Positions 1 to 12,688 of a stretch of DNA of 64,000 nt are shown one piece after another. The notes under the pieces are model-generated. The model made no database searches, was not told where the DNA came from, and worked only from the letters and a program-made list of their open reading frames with translations. Positions within the stretch are counted from its first letter, which is position 1, and every line of letters begins with the position of its first letter. Source of the DNA: an uncultured delta proteobacterium (GTDB taxonomy: Bacteria; Myxococcota_A; Polyangia; Polyangiales; B10-G4); NCBI GenBank assembly GCA_963727445.1, contig CAVSGI010000020.1, positions 544,001-608,000 on the forward strand. Direction: 5' to 3'. Made by a program: the position numbers and the translations under genes.

Positions 1-244
1 CCACGTAGCGGGCGTCGTCGCCGCCACCCGGCGAGGCCGCGAGGATCACGTCGGTGATCCCGTCAGGGATCACGCCAAGCGACGCGGCATCACAGAGATC
101 GGCGCCGACCCCTCGCACGTCTGCCGGAAGCGCGCTCGCATCGCGCCGGAGGCCGATGACTTGCAGCCCTTCATCCGAGAGCCGCCGCGCCAGCGCCACG
201 CCGACGTAGCCGCACCCAGCGATGAGGAAGCGGCGCTCGCTCAC
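1..244 (-). CDS. NAD-dependent epimerase/SDR-family protein (3' end runs off the window)
   Basis: Manual translation VSERRFLIAGCGYVGVALARRL...; Rossmann GxGxxG motif; GTG start overlaps the TGA of the upstream gene. Confidence 0.8.
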   Translation of the reverse strand, partial: MSERRFLIAGCGYVGVALARRLSDEGLQVIGLRRDASALPADVRGVGADLCDAASLGVIPDGITDVILAASPGGGDDARYV

Positions 245-1173
245 GCGTGCTCCGCCACCAACGCTCGGACGAAATAGACCTCGAAGTGCCGCGGGCCATG
301 CGCACGCACCCAGGGCAAGCCATCCTCGCTCTTGGTGATCACCAGCCCCGAGCGCTCGACGAGCCCGTCCAGGATCTCGGCATCGCCTTCTGGAAAGCCG
401 AAGCCGGGTGAGGGCGTGCTCAAGAGCAGGCGCCCATTGTTCGGCAGGCCGTCGGCCACCCCCGACAAGAACGCTGCGGGGTGATCGAGCAGATCGATCA
501 CGTTCGCGGCGACCACCGTGCGCGCTGCGCCGCGCCGCAGCGGGAGCTGCTCGGCGTCCACCACCGCACCTTCCACCGGAGCGCCGTCGCCCTTCTTGCA
601 CGCACCTTGCGCGCGCAGCGTCGCGCGCAGCGACAGGTCCGCCACCACCAGGCGCTTGGCGTGATGGCGCAGGTGGCGCGAGAGCGCGCCCGCACCGGGC
701 CCCAGCTCGAGCACGGTGCCGAGACTTCGCCCGCCGAGCATGGCCAGAAGACGTACGGGAAGCGAGGGCGACTCGGTGCGCGCGAGGAAGCCGTCGAAGG
801 TCTTCGCGTCCTGTGAGTCGCCGAAGGCGTGCGGGTGCCCTTCATCGGTGTCGCTCGGGACCCAGTCGTCACCGAAGCGAAGCGGCTCGGTGCGCGGCGC
901 CCGCGCGGAGAAGTCCGCGATCAACTTCTGCCCGGCCTTCGTGAGGCGGCCGGCTTCGGCGAGCGACGACACCACCGCGTCGCGATAGGCCGCGATCCAC
1001 TCGTCGGGCGCGGGGACCAGGATGGGGATCCCACCGAGCACCGGGTAGTCCGCCTTGCACTTGCGGCAGCGCACCACCCCGTCCTTGGGGGACGTCTCCT
1101 TGGCAGTGGGGCGCAGCTTCCCACTGCAACCGGGCGCGGCACACCCGAGAACATCGAAGACCCAGCTTTCCAT
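241..1173 (-). CDS. Trm112-like Zn-ribbon fused to a class I SAM methyltransferase
   Basis: N-terminal C-x4-C...CRKC...YPVLGGIPIL; SAM motif VLELGPGAG, LVVADLS, DAEQLP. Confidence 0.75.
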   Translation of the reverse strand: MESWVFDVLGCAAPGCSGKLRPTAKETSPKDGVVRCRKCKADYPVLGGIPILVPAPDEWIAAYRDAVVSSLAEAGRLTKAGQKLIADFSARAPRTEPLRFGDDWVPSDTDEGHPHAFGDSQDAKTFDGFLARTESPSLPVRLLAMLGGRSLGTVLELGPGAGALSRHLRHHAKRLVVADLSLRATLRAQGACKKGDGAPVEGAVVDAEQLPLRRGAARTVVAANVIDLLDHPAAFLSGVADGLPNNGRLLLSTPSPGFGFPEGDAEILDGLVERSGLVITKSEDGLPWVRAHGPRHFEVYFVRALVAEHA

Positions 1174-1233
1174 CCGATGCCATATAGCACGGGAAAGTTG
1201 AATGATTCCTAAGGATTTTCCCGCAGAAGTCGC

Positions 1234-1282
1234 TTGACCGAATCCGGACTGACTCTATAAAGCGTTCAATAGTTTTTGAACG
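1234..1282 (+). promoter_or_regulatory. Putative sigma70 promoter and operator of the isoprenoid/men operon
   Basis: TTGACC 1234-1239, TATAAA 1256-1261; perfect inverted repeat CGTTCAA-N6-TTGAACG 1263-1282. Confidence 0.6.
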
Positions 1283-1295
1283 ATCGGGGTCTGAC

Positions 1296-2369
1296 ATGGG
1301 GCTGTCTGCGGCGCGCGAGATCACCACGGGACGACAGGAGGCGCTCGGCCGTCTCACCCGCCTGAGCGAAGGCCAACGCCTGGATGGGCTGTCGGCCCGG
1401 CTGGCGCGGCTGATGTCCTTCCTGGAGGAGGACCTCGCCGGCTTCGAGGAGTCCTACGGCGCGGTCCGGGGCTCCGAGGACGTGGTCCAGCGGAGCGCCA
1501 CCCACCTCCTCGATCTCGGCGGCAAGCGCCTGAGGCCGCTCTGCGTGATGCTCGCGAGCCGTGTCGGATCGGGCTTCGACGATCGCGGTCGAGACCTCGC
1601 CGTCGCCGTCGAGCTGGTGCACGCCGCGACGCTCCTCCACGACGACGTGGTCGACCTCGGCGAGTCCCGCCGCGGCGCGCCCACCGCCCGCACCATCTAC
1701 GGCAACGCCGCGAGCATCTTCGCCGGTGACTGGCTCCTCATCGAAGCGCTGCGCCGCGTTCGCCGCGCGAGCGTGGGTGACACCCTCGACCAGCTCCTCG
1801 AGGTGATCGACACCATGATCGCCGCCGAGGCGCTGCAGCTCGAGTGTCGCGGTCGCCTCGACCTCGACCGCACGACCTGGCTTCGCATCGTCGAGGGCAA
1901 GACCGCGTCGCTCTTCCGCTGGGCGATGCTCGCGGGCGCCAGCGCCGGTGGCCTCCGGCCCTCCGAAGCGGCGGCGCTCGAAGCCTACGGCACCGATCTG
2001 GGCGTCGCCTTCCAGGCGGTGGACGACATCCTCGACATCGCGGGCGACGAGCAGGTCACAGGCAAGGACCTCTTCGCGGACGTGCGCGAGGGCAAGATGA
2101 CCTGGCCCCTGATCGTCGCGCTCGAGCGCGCGCCCGAGATGATCAGCGACCTGCACGAGGTCGTCTTCTCCGGCGAAGGCCAGGAAGGCCGCGCCGCGGC
2201 GTCGCGGGTCCTCGCCGCCATCGAGCGAACCGGCGCCATCGCGGATTGTCGGACTCTCGCCGAGTCGCGGGTCGCGAGCGCCGTCGCGCGCCTCGACGAG
2301 CTCCCGGACACCGAGGCGACCCGGGCCCTGGCCACGGTGGCCAGTGCCGTCGTCGAGCGCAGGAAGTGA
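1296..2369 (+). CDS. Long-chain trans-polyprenyl diphosphate synthase (IspB/HepT family)
   Basis: GGKRLRP, HAATLLHDDVVD, FQAVDDILD, GKDLFADVREGK. Confidence 0.92.
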   Translation: MGLSAAREITTGRQEALGRLTRLSEGQRLDGLSARLARLMSFLEEDLAGFEESYGAVRGSEDVVQRSATHLLDLGGKRLRPLCVMLASRVGSGFDDRGRDLAVAVELVHAATLLHDDVVDLGESRRGAPTARTIYGNAASIFAGDWLLIEALRRVRRASVGDTLDQLLEVIDTMIAAEALQLECRGRLDLDRTTWLRIVEGKTASLFRWAMLAGASAGGLRPSEAAALEAYGTDLGVAFQAVDDILDIAGDEQVTGKDLFADVREGKMTWPLIVALERAPEMISDLHEVVFSGEGQEGRAAASRVLAAIERTGAIADCRTLAESRVASAVARLDELPDTEATRALATVASAVVERRK

Positions 2370-2377
2370 GGCGCGCC

Positions 2378-3577
2378 ATGGACGAGCAGAACAAGACGAG
2401 TCGGATCCCCGGCTTCTATCAGCGCTCGGTCGAAGAGCGCGTCTCGCTCCTCGAGTCACTCGGTCACCTCTCGCCGGACTCCACCGCACATCTGCTTCGC
2501 GGCGGTGGTCTCGACGTGACGGTGGCCGACGTGATGAGCGAAAACGTCGTCGCGACCCACGGCCTGCCTCTCTCCCTCGGGCTGAACTTCCGCATCAACG
2601 GCCGCGATTACGTGGTGCCGATGGCGGTGGAGGAGCCCTCGGTGGTGGCGGCGGCGAGCAACGCCGCGCGCCTGCTCCGCATCAGCGGCGGTTTCGTCGG
2701 CGAAGCGGACGCGCCGGTGATGACCACGCAGATCCAGCTCGACGCGGTCCCCGACGTCGAAGAGGCGCCGGCGGTGATCGAAGCTGCACGCGACGAGCTG
2801 TTGGCCCTCGCCGACGCGTCGATTCCGCGGATGGTCGCGCGGGGCGGCGGCTGCCGCGACCTCGACGTCCGGGTGCTCTGTCCCGACGAGGGAATGCTGG
2901 TGGTGCACCTCTACGTCGACGTGGGTGACGCCATGGGCGCCAACATCGTCGACACCGTCGCCGAAGCGGTCGCGCCTCGCGTGGCCGAGCTGGTGGGCGG
3001 AGAGATCGGCTTGCGGATCCTCAGCAACCTGCCGACCCGCCGCCGCGTGCGGGTGCGCGCTCGCGCCAGCGCCGAAGCGGTGGGCGGACAGGCGCTCGCG
3101 GACCGCATCGTTCGCGCGTCGCGCTTCGCCGAGCTCAATCCCTACCGCGCCGTCACCCACAACAAGGGCACGATGAACGGCGTCGACGCCGTCGCGGTCG
3201 CCCTCGGGCAGGACTTCCGCTCCATCGAAGCGGGCGCCCACGCCTGGGCGGCGCACCAGGGCACCTACCGTCCCCTGTCGGTCTGGAAACGAATCCCGGG
3301 CGGTATCGAGGGAACGCTCGAGCTTCCACTCGCGGTCGGCACCGTCGGTGGCTCCTCGCGGACGCACCGCGGCGTGCGGGTCGCCTTCGACATCCTCGGC
3401 GTGAGCTCCGCCTCCGAGCTCGCCATCGTCATGGCCTCGGTGGGCCTCGCCTCGAACCTCGCCGCCCTCAAGGCGCTGGCGGGGGAGGGGATCCAGAAGG
3501 GTCACATGCGGCTGCACGAGAGGCGCCAGCGTCTCGCGCCACCCACACACGCGCAGGAGCGGGAGGTGGGCCGATGA
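2378..3577 (+). CDS. mvaA: Class II HMG-CoA reductase
   Basis: ENVV, EEPSVVAAAS, DAMGAN, THNKG, GTVGG, GIQKGHMRLH; ATG at 2378 inside track ORF 1844..3577. Confidence 0.93.
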   Translation: MDEQNKTSRIPGFYQRSVEERVSLLESLGHLSPDSTAHLLRGGGLDVTVADVMSENVVATHGLPLSLGLNFRINGRDYVVPMAVEEPSVVAAASNAARLLRISGGFVGEADAPVMTTQIQLDAVPDVEEAPAVIEAARDELLALADASIPRMVARGGGCRDLDVRVLCPDEGMLVVHLYVDVGDAMGANIVDTVAEAVAPRVAELVGGEIGLRILSNLPTRRRVRVRARASAEAVGGQALADRIVRASRFAELNPYRAVTHNKGTMNGVDAVAVALGQDFRSIEAGAHAWAAHQGTYRPLSVWKRIPGGIEGTLELPLAVGTVGGSSRTHRGVRVAFDILGVSSASELAIVMASVGLASNLAALKALAGEGIQKGHMRLHERRQRLAPPTHAQEREVGR

Positions 3578-4305
3578 GCGCGCCGAGCTCCATGGTCGTC
3601 GCGGACGGAAGCGGTGCCTTCTTCGATCGCATCGCCGGCCGATACGATCTCCTCAACCGGATCATCTCCCTCGGCGTCGATCAGCGCTGGCGTCGCCGCG
3701 CGGTGCGGGCGCTCTCGCTGCCCGAGGACGGGCGCGCCCTCGACCTGGCCACGGGCACGGGGGACCTCGCGATCCGGATCGCCCGGGCCCATGCGAGCGC
3801 GACAGTCGTGGGCAGCGACCCGTCGGTGGGCATGCTCGAGATCGGCCGCGACAAGGTGAAAGCGGCCGGACTCGAAGCGCGCGTCACGCTCGAGGTGGGC
3901 GACGCCCAGTCGCTGCCCTTCGAGGACGACAGCTTCGACGGAACCACCATCGCCTTCGGGATCCGCAACGTCCCCGACCGCGGCGCCGCCCTGGCCGAGA
4001 TGGCGCGGGTCACCCGCAAGGGCGGGCGCGTGGTCGTGCTCGAGCTTTCGGAGCCGCGGGGCGGGATCCTCGGACCCCTCGCCCGCTTCCACATCCATCA
4101 GGTGGTCCCACGCCTCGGCGCGCTCCTCTCGGGCGCGCGCGAGTACCACTACCTACAGCGCTCCATCGCGGCGTTCCCGCCGCCCGAGGAATTCGCCGCG
4201 CTGTGCGAAGAAAGCGGCCTCGAGATGCGTGAGGTCGCGCCGCTCACCTTCGGCGTCGCGTGTCTCTACGTCGCCGAGCCGAAGCAAGAGGGAGGTGTGA
4301 AGTGA
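3574..4305 (+). CDS. menG: Demethylmenaquinone methyltransferase
   Basis: FDRIAGRYDLLNRIISLG, LDLATGTGD, FGIRNV; men operon context; ATGA overlap. Confidence 0.9.
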   Translation: MSAPSSMVVADGSGAFFDRIAGRYDLLNRIISLGVDQRWRRRAVRALSLPEDGRALDLATGTGDLAIRIARAHASATVVGSDPSVGMLEIGRDKVKAAGLEARVTLEVGDAQSLPFEDDSFDGTTIAFGIRNVPDRGAALAEMARVTRKGGRVVVLELSEPRGGILGPLARFHIHQVVPRLGALLSGAREYHYLQRSIAAFPPPEEFAALCEESGLEMREVAPLTFGVACLYVAEPKQEGGVK

Positions 4306-5689
4306 GCGCTCTCGCCACCGAGCTCTTCCAGAAGGCGTCGCCCGAGCTCGACAGCCCGCGCGCACTCTTCGAGGGCGCGCTCCGCCGCGTGCGCACGTCG
4401 CACGGCATCTCGGTCGTCACCATCCCCGCGCCCGCCGCCGACCCCACCCGCCTGTCGGCGCTCTCGGGCTTCGAGTCTTCAATCCTGTGGTCCTCTCCGG
4501 GGGAGGGCGAGGTCTGTGGTCTCGGCGAGGCGGCACGCATCGAGGCTTCGGGCCCCGAGCGTTTCGCGATCGTTCGCGACCGCGCGCGCGCCCTCTACGC
4601 CCGCCTGGCGAAGGCACCGGGCGCCCCCGCGCCGCGCCTCTACGGCGGCTTCGCGTTCGCGCCCGGCGCCTGCGCCCAGAGCCCGTGGCAGAGCTTCGGC
4701 GATGCGATCTTCTCACTTCCGCGGTGGACCTACGTTCGTGGCAACGCGGGGGCGACCCTCACCTTCGCGGCGAGCGCCTCTTCACTCGAAGGCGCGGGGC
4801 ACGCCGAGGCGTTGGACGAGCTCGATCGCATCGCCCTCGCGCTCGCGCATCCCGTTACCGAAGCGCCGACGCCGATCGTCCGCGCGGTCGTGCACCAGGA
4901 CGCGCGTGCCTTCGAGGAGAAGGTGCGCGAGATCGTGGGCGCGATCCGCGCGGGTCGATTCGAGAAGATCGTGGCCGCTCGCCGCTCCGAGGTCGCCCTC
5001 GAGGGTGAGATCGAGCCCGCGACAATCGCGCGTCGGCTCGCCCATCGCTTCTCGGGCTGCACCACCTTCGCGTTCCGCCGCGGGGACGCGACCTTCGTCG
5101 GCGCCACGCCCGAACGCCTGCTCACCCTTCGCGGGCGGGTGGTCCGCACCGAGGCTCTCGCCGGCACGGCGCCCGCGTCCGACCCCAACGCCGAGGCGAA
5201 CCTCCGCGCGAGCGACAAGGATCTGGAGGAACACGTGCTGGTGGTGCGCGAGGTCGAGCGTCGCCTGTCGCCGATCTCGAGCGCCATCGAGCGGCCCGAG
5301 AGACCTGCCGTGCGGCGGCTGCCGAACGTGCTGCACCTGGAGACGCCGATCACCGCGCGACTCGACCACGATCTCCACGTCCTCGACGTCGCGGCGATCC
5401 TGCACCCGACACCGGCCGTCGGCGGGGTGCCGCGCCAGGAAGCGGTCGATTGGATCGTGGACAACGAGAACGCTGCCCGCGGCTGGTACAGCGGACCGGT
5501 GGGCTGGATCGACGAGCGTGGCGACGGCGCGCTCTCGGTCGCGCTGCGCTCCGGGCTCCTCGCCCGCGACCGCGCCTATCTCTGGGCAGGCGGCGGCATC
5601 GTCCGCGATTCGCAGCCCGCGGCGGAGTACGAGGAAGCCGCGGTGAAGCTGAGCGCGCTCCTCGACGCGCTCATGGGTGGAGGGACCCT

Positions 5690-5693
<4 letters not shown>
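4302..5693 (+). CDS. menF: Isochorismate synthase
   Basis: KIVAAR, FVGATPERL, ALAGT, KDLEEH, LHPTPAVGG, RGWYSGPVGW, AGGGIV. Confidence 0.92.
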
Positions 5694-7449
<1,756 letters not shown>

Positions 7450-7453
<4 letters not shown>

Positions 7454-8232
7454 TCGTTCTCCTGCACGGGTTCACCGGTTCGCCCCACAGCTTCGAGACC
7501 CTCGAGCGGCTCCTCGAGCGCGATCCCCTGCCCCACCGGATCGTCGCGCCCGCGCTCCTCGGCCACGGCGCCCGCGCGCCTTTCGTGACGAGCTTCGAGG
7601 AAGAGGTGGACCGTCTCGCCGCCGTGGTGGAGCGGGAGCGCCAGGACAAAGCGGCCGTGGTGCTCGTCGGCTACTCCCTCGGCGGGCGGCTGGTCCTCGG
7701 CCTCGTCGCGCGCCATCCCGCGCTCGCCGCCACCGCCGTCGTCATCGGCGGGCATCCCGGGCTCGGGGCCGGTGAAGCGCGAGCCGCGCGCCTTCGCTCC
7801 GACGAGGCCCTGGCGAAGGAGATCGAGTCCGAGGGGATCCGCCGCTTCGTCGCACGATGGGAGGAGCTCCCGCTCTTCGCTTCGCAGCGCTCGCTTCCGG
7901 GCCCCGCCCTCGCCGCCCAGCGGGCCACTCGCCTCTCGCACGATCCGCGCGGGCTCGCGCAATCCCTGCGCACCGTGGGCCTCGGCCGCATGCCGGACCT
8001 GCGCCCCACACTCGCCAGCGCGCCCACGCGCCTGCACATGATCACCGGCAGCCTCGACGACCGCTTCACGGTCCTCGCCGCCGAGATGCGCCCCGCGGCG
8101 CACACGGTGGTGGCCGGCGTTGGTCACAACGTTCTGCTCGAGGCGCCCGAGCGCGTCGCCGAAATCGTCTGCGAGGAGGCGCGCTCGCTCAACACGGTCG
8201 CACCCGCCTCCCGTCCGGAGCTCCGTCCGTGA
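7450..8232 (+). CDS. menH: SHCHC synthase (alpha/beta hydrolase)
   Basis: LHGFTGS, GYSLGGR, PLFASQ, GHN; directly follows menD. Confidence 0.88.
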
Positions 8233-9134
8233 CCGCCGAGGCCCTCCCGCGGCGGGCCAGCTTCGGCGCGATCCTCCTGGCATCGCGTCCGAAGACGCTC
8301 ACCGCGGCCGTGGTCCCCGTCGCCGTGGGCACGGCCTGCGCCCACGTCGCTGGCGGCGTCCGCTTTCTTCCGGCCTTCGCGGCGCTCTTCGGCGCGATGA
8401 TGATCCAGATCGGCACCAACTTCGCGAACGACGTCTTCGACTTCGAAAAGGGAGCAGACGACGACTCTCGCGTCGGGCCGACCCGCGCCGTGGCCGCCGG
8501 GCTGCTCAGCCCCGCGCAGATGAAGGTGGCGATGGTGGCGGCTTTCGGGGCGGCCACTCTCGCCGGCCTGTACCTGGTCGCGGTCGGCGGCTGGCCCATC
8601 GTCGTCGTGGGCCTGCTCTCGATCGCCTCGGGCGTCGCCTACACCGGTGGCCCCTTTCCCCTCGGCTACCACGGGCTGGGCGATCTCTTCGTGATGATCT
8701 TCTTCGGCTTCGTCGCGGTGATGGGGACCACCTGGGTCCAGGTCCACGCGCTCACCACGCTGTCGCTCATGGCGTCGGTGCCGATCGGCGCGCTGGCGAC
8801 CGCCATCCTGGTGGTGAACAATCTCAGGGATCGGCAGACCGACACCGTTGCCGGCAAGCGCACCCTGGCGGTGCGCTTCGGTCGCCTCTTCGCGATCGGA
8901 GAGTACGCGGCGCTCTCGTCCATGGCCTACGCCACCCCGATCTTTCTCTATGCCACCGGCATGGCGGGGTGGCCGGTGCTCGCGCCCCTGATGACCCTGC
9001 CCCTCGCCCTCATGTATCTTCGACGTCTGGGGCGTCTTTCCGGAGCGGCGCTCAATCCGCTCCTCGGCGCCACCGCCAAGCTCCTTCTCCTCTACGGGCT
9101 CCTCTTCACCCTGGGGCTCTCGCTGCCACCATGA
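8229..9134 (+). CDS. menA: DHNA polyprenyltransferase
   Basis: [34 protein letters not shown]...GKRTLAV. Confidence 0.94.
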   Translation: MTAEALPRRASFGAILLASRPKTLTAAVVPVAVGTACAHVAGGVRFLPAFAALFGAMMIQIGTNFANDVFDFEKGADDDSRVGPTRAVAAGLLSPAQMKVAMVAAFGAATLAGLYLVAVGGWPIVVVGLLSIASGVAYTGGPFPLGYHGLGDLFVMIFFGFVAVMGTTWVQVHALTTLSLMASVPIGALATAILVVNNLRDRQTDTVAGKRTLAVRFGRLFAIGEYAALSSMAYATPIFLYATGMAGWPVLAPLMTLPLALMYLRRLGRLSGAALNPLLGATAKLLLLYGLLFTLGLSLPP

Positions 9135-10219
9135 AGATCAGTCGCTCCACCGTCTCCACCGTGAAGGGCTCGATGCCCAACCCCGGTGGAAACGCGCGAG
9201 CGATGTGGACCGAGCGGCGCGGCTTACTGCTGCGCCTGATGGACGACGACGGGCGGGTGGGCCACGGCGAAGCGTCGCCTCTGCCCGGCTATTCGCCCGA
9301 CGACATCGACGCCGCGCGCGCCGTCCTGGGGAAGCGACCCTGGGAGGTGCTACCGGAGATCGACGAGGAGGCACCGCTCGGCGCGCAGCTCGGCCACGTG
9401 CTCGGGAACATCGACGCGCGGGTGCCGTCGGCGCGTTTCGCGGTGGAGACCGCGATCCTCGACCTGGTGGCGCAGCGCAAGAAGCGACCGCTCTGGACGC
9501 TCTTGACCGACTCGGACACCGCGAAGCCCGTGCCCCTGGTCGTGACCCTCACCGCCGCCGACGCGCGCGACATCCTGCCGGCGGCACGCGCGGCCCACGC
9601 CCGCGGCATCGACACCCTCAAGCTCAAGGTCGGCCGCCCGGACCGCTTCGCCGAGGAGCTGGATTCGATCCGGGTGCTGCAGCGCGAGCTGGAGATGACG
9701 ATCCGCGTGGACGCCAACGGGACCTTCGAGGCGCGTGAGCTCCCGAAGCGTCTGGACAAGCTCGCGTCGGTGGGCGTGAGCCTCTGCGAGGAGCCGAGCA
9801 CCTTCGACGCGGTGATCAGACTCAAGAAGACGCCGCTGCCGCTGGCCTTCGACGAGAGCCTGATCGGACCGGAGGGGGATGCGCGCCTGTCGAGCCTCGG
9901 CAATCGGGGCCTTCTCGGGGCGGTGGTGCTCAAGCCGATGACCCTCGGAGGGCTCTTGCGCGCGCGGGAGCTCGCACGCCGGGCGCGCGCGGCGGGGGCG
10001 CCGGCGATTGTGAGCCACACCCTCGACGGACCGATTGCGCTCACGGCCGCGGCGGCGCTGGCGGTCACCCTTCCCGAGCCGCGCCTCGCCGCGGGGTTGG
10101 GGCGTCACCCCGGCCTCGGCGCCTGGCCGGAGGTCGAGCTTCCGGCTCTGGGCAAGCGCACCGTCCTGCCGGTGGACGGCGAGGGGTTGGGTCTGTCGTA
10201 CGGCGTTGATTGGGGATGA
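9131..10219 (+). CDS. menC: o-succinylbenzoate synthase
   Basis: [27 protein letters not shown] enolase-superfamily motifs. Confidence 0.87.
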   Translation: MKISRSTVSTVKGSMPNPGGNARAMWTERRGLLLRLMDDDGRVGHGEASPLPGYSPDDIDAARAVLGKRPWEVLPEIDEEAPLGAQLGHVLGNIDARVPSARFAVETAILDLVAQRKKRPLWTLLTDSDTAKPVPLVVTLTAADARDILPAARAAHARGIDTLKLKVGRPDRFAEELDSIRVLQRELEMTIRVDANGTFEARELPKRLDKLASVGVSLCEEPSTFDAVIRLKKTPLPLAFDESLIGPEGDARLSSLGNRGLLGAVVLKPMTLGGLLRARELARRARAAGAPAIVSHTLDGPIALTAAAALAVTLPEPRLAAGLGRHPGLGAWPEVELPALGKRTVLPVDGEGLGLSYGVDWG

Positions 10220-11493
10220 GCCTCTCTCTCGCGCGGACCGCGGAGGTCCACGGAAACGAGCCCGCGCTGATCTTCGACGAGGGCACGCTCCGCTGGGCGG
10301 AGCTCTTCGCGCGCACGGCCGAGGTGCCGCGCTTTGGCGATCGCGCCGTCCTCCTGGCGCGACGGGACGTCGAGACGATGGTGCGGATCTACGCGGCCAT
10401 CGAGCAAGGCGCGCCGCTGGTGCTGCTGTCGCCGCGGGCGAGCGGGGCGGAGCGGCGGGCGCAGCTGCAGAGCCTCGAGGGGATCGCGTTGGGCGAGCCC
10501 CCGCCCCTCGCGTGCATATTCACCTCCGGAAGCACAGGCAGGCCCCGGGCGGCTCGGCTCAGTCGTCAGGCGTTCGCGGCATCGGCGGAGGCGAGCCACG
10601 AGGGGATCCCCCTGGGGCCGGGCGCGCGCTGGCTCGCCAGCATGCCGCTCTCACACGTGGGCGGTCTGTCGATACTGACCCGGGCTCTTCACGCCGGCTC
10701 CGCGGTGGTGGTCGCCCCCGAGGGAAGATGGGACGCGCGCGCGATGCTGGCGCGGATGCGGATGCACGGCGTGACGCACGCGTCGGTGGTTCCCACGATG
10801 CTCGCGCGCGTGCTCGACGCGCAGCTCGAGCCGCCAAAGACCCTGTCGACGCTCCTGGTGGGCGGCGCGGCGTGTCCGGTGCCGCTCGCGCTCAGGGCGC
10901 GCGAAGCGGGCTGGCCGATACGGCAGACCTACGGGCTCACCGAAGCCTGCTCGCAGGTCGCGACGCGCGCCGATGGGGACACGGACGATGCGCCGGGACG
11001 GATCGGGCCTCCGCTCCCTCGCCTCGAGGTGAGGGTGGTCGAGGGGCGGATCCAGATTCGTGGCCCGATGCTCTTCGACGGGTATGCGGGGACGGATGGG
11101 GCGGGGAGCCTCACGGAAGACGGGTTCTTCGTGACGGGCGACGTGGGGCGTCTCGACGCGGACGGGGTGCTCTTCGTCGAGGGGCGCGCCGACGACATGA
11201 TCGTCACGGGGGCAGAGAACGTGCACCCGGCCTCGGTGGAAGCGGTGCTCGCCTCGCATCCGGCGGTGCGCGCGTGCTGTGTGTTCGGGGTCCCGGATCG
11301 CGAGTGGGGCCAGGCGGTGGCGGCTGCGGTGGTCGGCGACGTGAGCGAGGGGGAGCTCGATGCCTTCGTCGCCGAGCGCGCCTCTCCCCAGGCACGACCG
11401 CGGCGCTACTTCTTCGTCGACGCGCTCCCCGAGACCGCGAGCGGGAAAGTGGATCGCGCGCGCGTGCGCCGGGTTTGCCTCGACCGGCCTTGA
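10216..11493 (+). CDS. menE: o-succinylbenzoate-CoA ligase
   Basis: FTSGSTG, PLSHVGG, TYGLTEACSQ, TGD, GRADD, GK; last gene of the men operon. Confidence 0.88.
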   Translation: MSLSLARTAEVHGNEPALIFDEGTLRWAELFARTAEVPRFGDRAVLLARRDVETMVRIYAAIEQGAPLVLLSPRASGAERRAQLQSLEGIALGEPPPLACIFTSGSTGRPRAARLSRQAFAASAEASHEGIPLGPGARWLASMPLSHVGGLSILTRALHAGSAVVVAPEGRWDARAMLARMRMHGVTHASVVPTMLARVLDAQLEPPKTLSTLLVGGAACPVPLALRAREAGWPIRQTYGLTEACSQVATRADGDTDDAPGRIGPPLPRLEVRVVEGRIQIRGPMLFDGYAGTDGAGSLTEDGFFVTGDVGRLDADGVLFVEGRADDMIVTGAENVHPASVEAVLASHPAVRACCVFGVPDREWGQAVAAAVVGDVSEGELDAFVAERASPQARPRRYFFVDALPETASGKVDRARVRRVCLDRP

Positions 11494-11515
11494 GGGAGGC
11501 GAGGGGGGCTCACCG

Positions 11516-12553
11516 CTACGGCGAAGCCAGGTTCCAGTCGCTCTCGAAGGCCGCGGAGAGCGGTGCGACCGTCGCCTCGTTCGTCACCACCACGCCCACT
11601 TCGCGATTGGCTTCGAGGCTCGTCCAGCTGAGGTTCTCGGAGCCGACGAATGCTGCGCCGTCGGCGACGATGAGCTTGGCGTGATTGTCGAGGGTGGTGA
11701 GGAAGCGAACGTCGACGCCCAGCGCGCGCAGCGCCTCGGCGGACTGGGTGTTGGAGTCGATCCACGCGGGGTCGGCCAGGATCACCCGGACGGAGACGCC
11801 CGCCATGGCGCGCGAGCCGATCGCATGGCGCGCCTCCTCGTCGCTCAGGCTCAGGTGCTGAACCAGGAGCTCGGACTCGGCGGATGCGATGAGGCGCAGG
11901 ATGCGGGAGCGCGAGTTGTTCGGGCTGAGAACCAGGCGGGTGCAGGCGGCGGCGCTCGGGTCTCCGTCGCGCCCTTCGTAGTCGTGGTCGAAGACGTCGA
12001 TGAGGTCGGCGACGTCGAAGGGGTCGTCGAATCGCACCCCGTGGTTGCGTTCGGTCTGCATCGAGTAGGTGTTGAGGTTGGCGCTCATCACCACGGCTTG
12101 CATCTCGTCCACCACCACGAACTTCGGGTGGTAGTAGGTGAAGGCGTCGGGGCCGTCGCGAACGTCGATGCCGGCGCCGCGGAGCTCAGCGGCGGAGGCG
12201 GTGTTGGCGGTCCGCTCCTCGTCGATCAGGATGCGGACGTCGACGCCGCGCTCGTGTGCGCGGAGGAGGGCGTCGACGAGCGCCGGCGCGTCGAGCTCGT
12301 AGGTGGCGACGCGGAGGCTGTTGGTCGCGCCGTCGAAGAGGGTGACCAGGCGATCCGAGAGGCCGGTGGGGCCGATGAAGGCTTCGGGTGCGTTCGCGCG
12401 CGGGTCGCGCTCCGCGCACGGCTCCATCACGGCGGCGTCGGCGCCTGCGTCCGCGGCGTCGACTGACGCGTCGGAGGCGGCATCGGGGAGCCGGCAATCG
12501 CTGCCACCACATGCGGCGAGGAGGGCGATGAAGAGGAGGGACCACCGGAGCAT
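11516..12553 (-). CDS. Phospholipase D-family lipoprotein with two HKD motifs
   Basis: Lipobox LLAAC; HPKFVVVD...SANL and HAKLIVAD...GSENL. Confidence 0.85.
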   Translation of the reverse strand: MLRWSLLFIALLAACGGSDCRLPDAASDASVDAADAGADAAVMEPCAERDPRANAPEAFIGPTGLSDRLVTLFDGATNSLRVATYELDAPALVDALLRAHERGVDVRILIDEERTANTASAAELRGAGIDVRDGPDAFTYYHPKFVVVDEMQAVVMSANLNTYSMQTERNHGVRFDDPFDVADLIDVFDHDYEGRDGDPSAAACTRLVLSPNNSRSRILRLIASAESELLVQHLSLSDEEARHAIGSRAMAGVSVRVILADPAWIDSNTQSAEALRALGVDVRFLTTLDNHAKLIVADGAAFVGSENLSWTSLEANREVGVVVTNEATVAPLSAAFESDWNLASP

Positions 12554-12688
12554 CGCGGAGGCTTAACACGCAGGGGGCGCGAAAGCCGCTGGGGCTTAGA
12601 TGAGCGCGGGGAAGGGCAAAAGTTGAAAAGTGCAGACCGTCCCCGAGGTGAAAAACTAAATGGTTTTGGGGGGAATGCAGATTGGCTA

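Noticed and set aside
11516..12553. PLD protein as an anti-phage nuclease
   Set aside because: It has a lipoprotein signal and no helicase or defence-gene context
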